Shown here one piece after another: positions 1 to 4,391 of a DNA stretch of 5,797 nt. The position numbers and the translations under genes are program-made. The DNA comes from a virus. Location: the IMG/VR virus record IMGVR_UViG_3300022758_000120, positions 1 through 5,797 of that record; one strand, written 5' to 3'. The notes below the pieces were generated by a model. It was given only the letters and a program-made list of their open reading frames with translations, was not told the DNA's origin and searched no databases. Numbering within the stretch: the first letter of the stretch is position 1; every line of letters starts with the position of its first letter.

Positions 1-127
1 CTAAATAAAAAATATATGTACACAAAGAAAAACCAGGGAAAGGTACCAGAATGCAAGGACGAAAGACTAAGATATGTGCCGACAAAATGCGGAAAATGTA
101 TTGAATGCAGAAAGGAAAAAGCAAGAA
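1..127. repeat. Terminal redundancy, left copy (identical to 5671-5797)
   Basis: A block-by-block comparison shows 127/127 identity with 5671-5797. This is most simply the k-mer overlap left when a circular molecule is assembled as a linear contig. Confidence 0.95.
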
Positions 128-942
128 ACTGGAGAATCAGACTGGCAGAAGAACTAAAAAACAATCCAAACGCGCTATTTATTACACTGACATTCAACGA
201 AGGAAACTATCAAAAACTGTCATGGGAACTATTTAGAAAGAGTAAAGAAAACCTAAACTATACCGAACAGAACGAACTATGCAAGACAGCGGTAAGAAGA
301 TGGCTGGAAAGAATCCGAAAAAAAACGGGCAGGTCCATCAGACACTGGATAGTGACCGAAAAAGGAGAAGACTACGGAAGAATACACATGCACGGAATAG
401 TATGGTGTCCGAGAGAAAGACTGGACCAGTGGGAATACGGATATACCTACATAGGAGACTATGTTAACCAGACAACAATCGCATATGTGACAAAGTACAT
501 GCTAAAAATATGCGAAAAATGGCCTGATTTCAGAGGAAAAGTGATGTGCAGTGCAGGGATAGGATGTAACTACGAAACGAGCTATAACGCCAAAAGAAAC
601 CGATATAAAGGCAAGGAAACAAAAGAGACCTACAAACTGGAAAACGGAAGTGAAATGCCGCTACCAAAATATTACCATGACAAGATATACACCGAAGAAG
701 AACGTGAAAAGATGTGGCTGATAAAACAAGAAAGAGGTTACAGATATATAGCAGGGGAAAAGGTAAGCACAGATAACCTGGAAGAGTGGGAAAATCTGAC
801 AAAATATTACCAAAAAAGAGCAGAGCAATTGTATGGTGACAAGCCAGAAGACTGGGAGGTAGAAAAGACAAAAGCCAGACTAGAAAAGATGCGCCAAGCA
901 AGGCGAAGATATCAAAAGCTTCACAAGCTTCGAGGGTGTTAA
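16..942 (+). CDS. VP4: Replication initiation protein (VP4 / phiX gpA-like HUH rolling-circle endonuclease). ORF-track start is 16 and the frame is open to base 1. Probable true start is ATG 5647 across the junction, giving 321 aa.
   Basis: Cys cluster CGKCIEC (88-108). Motif-1-like FITLTF (178-195). HUH motif H-M-H in GRIHMHGIVW (385-393). Two-tyrosine motif YVTKY (Y at 484-486 and 496-498), spaced Y-x-x-x-Y as in phiX174 gpA. Stop TAA at 940-942. Confidence 0.9.
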   Translation: MYTKKNQGKVPECKDERLRYVPTKCGKCIECRKEKARNWRIRLAEELKNNPNALFITLTFNEGNYQKLSWELFRKSKENLNYTEQNELCKTAVRRWLERIRKKTGRSIRHWIVTEKGEDYGRIHMHGIVWCPRERLDQWEYGYTYIGDYVNQTTIAYVTKYMLKICEKWPDFRGKVMCSAGIGCNYETSYNAKRNRYKGKETKETYKLENGSEMPLPKYYHDKIYTEEEREKMWLIKQERGYRYIAGEKVSTDNLEEWENLTKYYQKRAEQLYGDKPEDWEVEKTKARLEKMRQARRRYQKLHKLRGC

Positions 943-1000
943 TAACTTGTTGATAACCTATCAAAATCGGTTAATAAACCTGTTAATAACTTGTTGATAA
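937..1000 (+). repeat. Exact 20-nt direct repeat TGTTAATAACTTGTTGATAA (937-956 and 981-1000), with a partial third copy GTTAATAAAC (970-979) and an inverted repeat TTGATA-ACC-TATCAA (950-964)
   Basis: Read directly from the sequence. Copy 1 overlaps the last two codons and the stop codon of Rep. Each copy contains the near-palindrome GTTA-A-TAAC. Period is 44 nt. Confidence 0.9.
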
Positions 1001-1399
1001 AAAAATGGCTTAAAATTTGGAATATTGAAATGTTTTACTACAGAAAAAAGTTATAAACAATGCAAATAAATAAATGAAAAGTTATGAACAAAGTTATGAA
1101 CAGGATAAATAACTGAAAATGAATAAATTAACATAGTTATGAACAGTTTCAACAGACTATTATATACATATAGATTTATTATTAATAGAAAAATATTATT
1201 TGATAATAATAGATGCTCAAGATTTTTGTGTTTTGAAAAAAATACCTATCATTGCAATACAGAAAAAAACAATTAAAACATCCAATTATGGGAAAACTAT
1301 TAAAATTTACAAATAAGGAAAAAAAATCAAAAGCCAAATAATACAAAATTACAGAATAACCGTTATTTTTAAAGATGAAGAAATAAAAACGTCATAAAT
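943..1399. promoter_or_regulatory. Large AT-rich, repeat-dense noncoding region; candidate control/origin region
   Basis: No + strand ORF of 60 aa or more lies between the Rep stop (942) and 1537. GC is about 18% by hand count over 1021-1200. It holds several direct and inverted repeats, including TA-step tracts (1161-1172) and the AT-only palindrome TATTATT-TGAT-AATAATA (1194-1211). Confidence 0.6.
1049..1145 (+). repeat. Four same-orientation 11-nt iterons AGTTAT(G/A)AACA at 1049-1059, 1080-1090, 1092-1102 and 1135-1145
   Basis: Read directly. Three copies are identical (AGTTATGAACA) and one has G to A. Copies 2 and 3 are tandem with a 12-nt period. The core TTATGAACA matches the DnaA-box consensus TTATNCACA at 8 of 9 positions. 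Confidence 0.85.
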
Positions 1400-1573
1400 A
1401 TGAACAATGTAAAATTATTTACTATTTTTGAAACTGAATTCGTAAACGAATCTACCGGGCAGATGGTTAACCTAACAACCACAGTCGGCAGTTATAAAGA
1501 GTTAGGAAAGTATTTAACAGAAATGGAAAAAAAACAATGGAGAATGCTAAAAGTAGCAAGAAAAGAAAACTAA
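1400..1573 (+). CDS. Hypothetical 57-aa ORF, below the ORF-track cutoff: MNNVKLFTIFETEFVNESTGQMVNLTTTVGSYKELGKYLTEMEKKQWRMLKVARKEN
   Basis: Hand translation gives ATG 1400 and TAA 1571-1573, with an in-frame upstream stop TGA at 1376-1378. The composition is non-repetitive and protein-like. Its stop overlaps an ATG at 1573 (TAATG). It overlaps the 1537 start of the next ORF by 37 nt, so only one of the two start models may be right. Confidence 0.35.
   Translation: MNNVKLFTIFETEFVNESTGQMVNLTTTVGSYKELGKYLTEMEKKQWRMLKVARKEN
1423..1430 (+). promoter_or_regulatory. Candidate Bacteroidota-type -7 promoter element (TATTTTTG, matching TAnnTTTG)
   Basis: This is the only exact TAnnTTTG match I found in 943-1536. 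It lies about 105 nt upstream of ATG 1537. No clear -33 TTTG sits at the expected spacing. An 8-mer like this can easily occur by chance in AT-rich DNA. Confidence 0.2.
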
Positions 1574-1737
1574 TGTACACTATGATCGTAACAAGCATAA
1601 TTTTAGCAACATTAGGAGGATGCGTGATAAGTCTAAACATCCAGAAAAACAACAACAACAGTGATCAGAAAGTAGACCAGAACGCAAGTGCAGATCAAGA
1701 GAATGACAGTACAAATTTTAATTTTAAGATGAAATGA
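1537..1737 (+). CDS. Small putative lipoprotein / single-pass membrane protein (66 aa); candidate lysis or superinfection-exclusion factor
   Basis: The N-terminus is MENAKSSKKRKLMYTMIVTSIILATLGGC. It has a basic n-region (KKRK), a hydrophobic h-region and a lipobox L-G-G-C (1612-1623, Cys29 at 1621-1623). The mature part is 38 aa including the lipidated Cys29 and is N/Q/D-rich. The stop overlaps the next start (ATGA at 1734-1737). Confidence 0.6.
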   Translation: MENAKSSKKRKLMYTMIVTSIILATLGGCVISLNIQKNNNNSDQKVDQNASADQENDSTNFNFKMK

Positions 1738-1976
1738 AAGAAGAAAACTACACAGAACAGTACAAAGGGATAATCATGTTACGTAAGGGACAAGCAGATA
1801 ATGAAGAAATATGGTTCGCAACAATAGGAAACCAACTTGTATCAGACGGAGCATACAAAACAAAAGAAGAACTAGTTAAAAATCTAGAAAATCTAAGCCT
1901 AGAAAGAGTATGCAAAATGATTTCAGGAGCATTTGGAAGAGCAATTGAATTATCAACTAAAAATAAGGAACAATGA
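1734..1976 (+). CDS. Hypothetical protein (80 aa), function unknown
   Basis: The ORF has ATGA overlaps at both ends (1734-1737 with the upstream ORF, 1973-1976 with VP1), suggesting translational coupling. Composition is globular-looking. I recognise no motif. Confidence 0.6.
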   Translation: MKEENYTEQYKGIIMLRKGQADNEEIWFATIGNQLVSDGAYKTKEELVKNLENLSLERVCKMISGAFGRAIELSTKNKEQ

Positions 1977-3955
1977 AAGTAAACATTGGAAAAAACACAC
2001 TAGGAGATTCCGATAAAATGTCGGTATCCCTCAAGGAATACGGAAGAAGTACACACAACCTATCGAGTGCCTGGCGAAGTCCTATGGGAGTAGGTACACT
2101 GGTGCCGTTCATGAAATTACTTGGATTACCAGGAGATACCTTTGAGATAGATTTGGATACACGAATTATGACACATCCGACAATAGGGCCACTATTCGGA
2201 AATTTTAAGTTTCAAGCAGATGTATTCACATGTCCTATCAGACTGTATAACGCAATGCTGCACAACAACGCGCTAAATATCGGGTTGGATATGAGCAAAG
2301 TAAAATTACCAGTAGCAGGGCAATGGACGAAAACGGGGTCAGTGCAATACGGGAAAGCCAGTATTAACGAATACTTAGGGGTAAAAGGAAGCCCAAAAAA
2401 TACCAATACCAACGAAGGAATAGGAGATTACCAGATTGTACCACAACTGGCATACTATGACATATTCAAAAACTACTATGCCAACAAGCAGGAAGAACGG
2501 TTCTATGTGATGGGTGGCAGCTCAGTTCAGAATGCAACGACCATTGTTTCTGGAGATTTTACTGGAAATATACCTATGTATTCAAATAAAAACCTAGAAT
2601 GTACAAAACCATGTACGATAACAATTACAGGGACAGATATAAAAATCGTAGACATAAAAAAAGTAAAATTCACAATCGATTCACAACCTATATACCTAGA
2701 CATAGTAGATACCGCAGGAAGGGCAGCATATGATATAGTAAGCTCCGAAAAAAACAAAGTAATAATAAAAACCAGAGTAAAAACTATTTACCAAACATCG
2801 AGGGTATTACAAGGAAATGTAGGGACAACTATAACACTTAAAGGAGTAACGGAAGATATCACACAAGGAACAGTTACAGACGTATACACAACCTCATTCC
2901 CATTAGCGGAAATCGATGACTTAAGGGAATATATCCTGAGTAAAGGCCGTGAACAGATAAGAATAGGGAGAAACAGTGATGAAAAGCTAAGAAGTCTATT
3001 TATTCATAAAATATTATATAGTCCAAACCCTAGCACAGCAGGGACACCGCAAAACATTCCACCTATAGCAGCGCTGGAAATGGGGGGGCTATGTCTGAAA
3101 ACATACCAATCAGACCTATTCAACAACTGGGTCAACAAAGAATGGGTAGACGGAGATAACGGAATCAACGCAGTGACGGACGTGGACGTAAAAGACGGAA
3201 AGCTAAATCTAGATGCACTGAACCTGGCACAGAAAGTATACAACATGCTGAACCGTATCGCAATCAGTGGAGGAAGTTACAAAGACTGGATCGAGACAGT
3301 ATATACAACAGACTATTATTTCAGGGCAGAAACACCGATATACGAAGGGGGTATGTCGACAACAATCGATTTTGAAGCGGTAGTTTCAAATTCCGCATCA
3401 AATGCAAGCGGAGTGGAAGAACCGTTAGGCAGCCTGGCAGGACGCGGATTCAACCAGGGAAAGAATGGAGGAAAGATTGTAATAAAGTGTAACGAACCAT
3501 GCTATATAATCGGAATTGCAAGTATCACGCCAAACGTAGATTACTCACAAGGTAACGATTGGGACATGATGAACCTGAAAACCATGGATGACCTGCACAA
3601 ACCACAATTAGACGGGATTGGATATCAGGACTTAATGGCAGGACAAATGCACTACAACGCTAGAACGGATTCGGCTCTAGGGAAGCAGCCAGCATGGATA
3701 AACTACATGACAGATGTCAACAGAAGCTACGCGGATTTCGCAGTAGGAGAAACCGAAAGCTACATGGTACTGAACAGAATATACAATATTAATTCAACAG
3801 GGCAAATTGGAAATCCAAGTACCTACATAACACCAAAAGACTATACATATATTTTCGCGACCAACACGGACACGAATAGGGACTTCTGGGTACAAATCGG
3901 AAAAAAAATCATTGCAAGACGCGTAATGAGCGCAGCACAAATACCTTTAATGTAA
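1973..3955 (+). CDS. VP1: Major capsid protein (Microviridae VP1 / phiX F family), 660 aa
   Basis: It is the largest ORF. The N-terminal block STHNLSSAWRSPMGVGTLVPFMKLLGLPGDTFEIDLDTRIMTHPTIGPLFGNFKFQADVFTCPIRLYN matches the conserved N-terminal region of microvirus capsid proteins as I remember it, Alpavirinae-like in flavour. The C-terminal block is FWVQIGKKIIARRVMS. Confidence 0.92.
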   Translation: MKVNIGKNTLGDSDKMSVSLKEYGRSTHNLSSAWRSPMGVGTLVPFMKLLGLPGDTFEIDLDTRIMTHPTIGPLFGNFKFQADVFTCPIRLYNAMLHNNALNIGLDMSKVKLPVAGQWTKTGSVQYGKASINEYLGVKGSPKNTNTNEGIGDYQIVPQLAYYDIFKNYYANKQEERFYVMGGSSVQNATTIVSGDFTGNIPMYSNKNLECTKPCTITITGTDIKIVDIKKVKFTIDSQPIYLDIVDTAGRAAYDIVSSEKNKVIIKTRVKTIYQTSRVLQGNVGTTITLKGVTEDITQGTVTDVYTTSFPLAEIDDLREYILSKGREQIRIGRNSDEKLRSLFIHKILYSPNPSTAGTPQNIPPIAALEMGGLCLKTYQSDLFNNWVNKEWVDGDNGINAVTDVDVKDGKLNLDALNLAQKVYNMLNRIAISGGSYKDWIETVYTTDYYFRAETPIYEGGMSTTIDFEAVVSNSASNASGVEEPLGSLAGRGFNQGKNGGKIVIKCNEPCYIIGIASITPNVDYSQGNDWDMMNLKTMDDLHKPQLDGIGYQDLMAGQMHYNARTDSALGKQPAWINYMTDVNRSYADFAVGETESYMVLNRIYNINSTGQIGNPSTYITPKDYTYIFATNTDTNRDFWVQIGKKIIARRVMSAAQIPLM

Positions 3956-3960
3956 ACAAT

Positions 3961-4287
3961 ATGGGAAGACCAAGAATTATCACAAGAAGTTACTGTAACT
4001 TCGAACTAGAAGACTATCAAGGACAGTCGATAGAGGAAAGATGTAGAAAACTTGTAGAAACGGGTGAACCTATCAAGGACACCACACCATTAATCTACAC
4101 ACCTAAAGAAAAGGGTGTAATGCCACAGTATGACATAAGAGCAGACAAATGGGAAATCGCACAAAACGCGATGGACAGAGTGAACAAGGAACGTATTGCA
4201 AAAGGGCAACAACCTCCAATTGATGAAGGGAAAAAGATAGACACCGCTCAGGGCGGCGCAACAAATGTTGCTGGGCAACCTACGTGA
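3961..4287 (+). CDS. Small conserved-looking microvirus protein (108 aa); possible internal scaffolding protein (VP3/B-like), function uncertain
   Basis: It starts 6 nt after the VP1 stop. Its size and position fit a scaffold or accessory structural gene. The segment PLIYTPKEKGVMPQYDIRADKWEIAQNAMD resembles a block I recall in small ORFs of gut microviruses. It lacks the gokushovirus VP3 C-terminal F-x-N-D-P-x-x-F-L type motif. Confidence 0.7.
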   Translation: MGRPRIITRSYCNFELEDYQGQSIEERCRKLVETGEPIKDTTPLIYTPKEKGVMPQYDIRADKWEIAQNAMDRVNKERIAKGQQPPIDEGKKIDTAQGGATNVAGQPT

Positions 4288-4306
4288 CAGTAGGACTTCA
4301 ATAAGT

Positions 4307-4330
4307 CGTGCGTATCTTCGGGTACGCACG
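4307..4330 (+). promoter_or_regulatory. Stable stem-loop with a cUUCGg tetraloop (CGTGCGTA-T-C[TTCG]G-G-TACGCACG)
   Basis: There are 8 Watson-Crick pairs (4307-4314 with 4323-4330), one T/G wobble (4315/4322) and a C-G closing pair (4316/4321) around TTCG (4317-4320). It sits 20 nt after the VP3-like stop. No T-tract follows it. A weaker hairpin, CGCTTTT-AAA-AAAAGCG, lies at 4349-4365. Confidence 0.7.
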
Positions 4331-4391
4331 TAGCCATTATAATCAAGTGTAACAACCTCGCTTTTAAAAAAAGCGCGAAAACAATCGAATT

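Noticed and set aside
1-127. The terminal repeat as a biological direct terminal repeat or LTR-like element.
   Set aside because: The repeat cuts through the Rep coding sequence. Its length equals the maximal assembler k-mer, and Microviridae genomes are circular. It is an artefact of linearising a circle.
279-467. A 62-aa basic ORF in an alternative + frame inside Rep.
   Set aside because: T depletion of the + strand makes stop-free alternative frames likely by chance. It has no independent start context or motif. It is mentioned with the similar ORF in VP2 only as a testable long shot.
937-1000. The 20-nt repeats separated by a 24-nt spacer as a mini CRISPR array.
   Set aside because: There are only two full copies, the repeat is too short and AT-rich, there are no cas genes, and copy 1 overlaps a stop codon. 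An origin or operator-type repeat is a better fit.
1080-1102. The iterons as a XerC/D dif-like integration site (TTATGAACAAA versus the E. coli XerD arm TTATGTTAAAT).
   Set aside because: Only about 7 of 11 positions match. The repeats are direct and not the inverted arms with a 6-nt spacer that dif requires. I do not know the Bacteroidota dif consensus well enough. It is kept only as something to test at prophage borders.
1066-1104. A 12-aa ORF (MKSYEQSYEQDK, 1075-1113) running through the tandem iterons.
   Set aside because: Its apparent SYEQ repeat is just the translation of the DNA iteron. It is too short and has no supporting signal.
1288-1341. A 17-aa lysine-rich micro-ORF (MGKLLKFTNKEKKSKAK) as a J-like DNA-binding peptide.
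   Set aside because: It is shorter than any J protein I know of (about 24-38 aa). It lacks the hydrophobic/aromatic C-terminus. An A-rich intergenic sequence will encode Lys-rich peptides by chance.
1614-1622. AGGAGG followed directly by ATG inside the lipoprotein ORF.
   Set aside because: It simply encodes the Gly-Gly of the lipobox. There is zero spacing to the ATG, and the downstream frame is open for only 14 codons.
3901-3908. A8 homopolymer runs in coding sequence (318-325 in Rep, 3901-3908 in VP1, 1527-1534 upstream of ATG 1537) as programmed slippage or frameshift sites, or as sequencing errors.
   Set aside because: The reading frames are intact across the runs and the conserved C-terminal blocks stay in frame. 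Nothing suggests a shifted product. The runs are expected in an A-rich genome.
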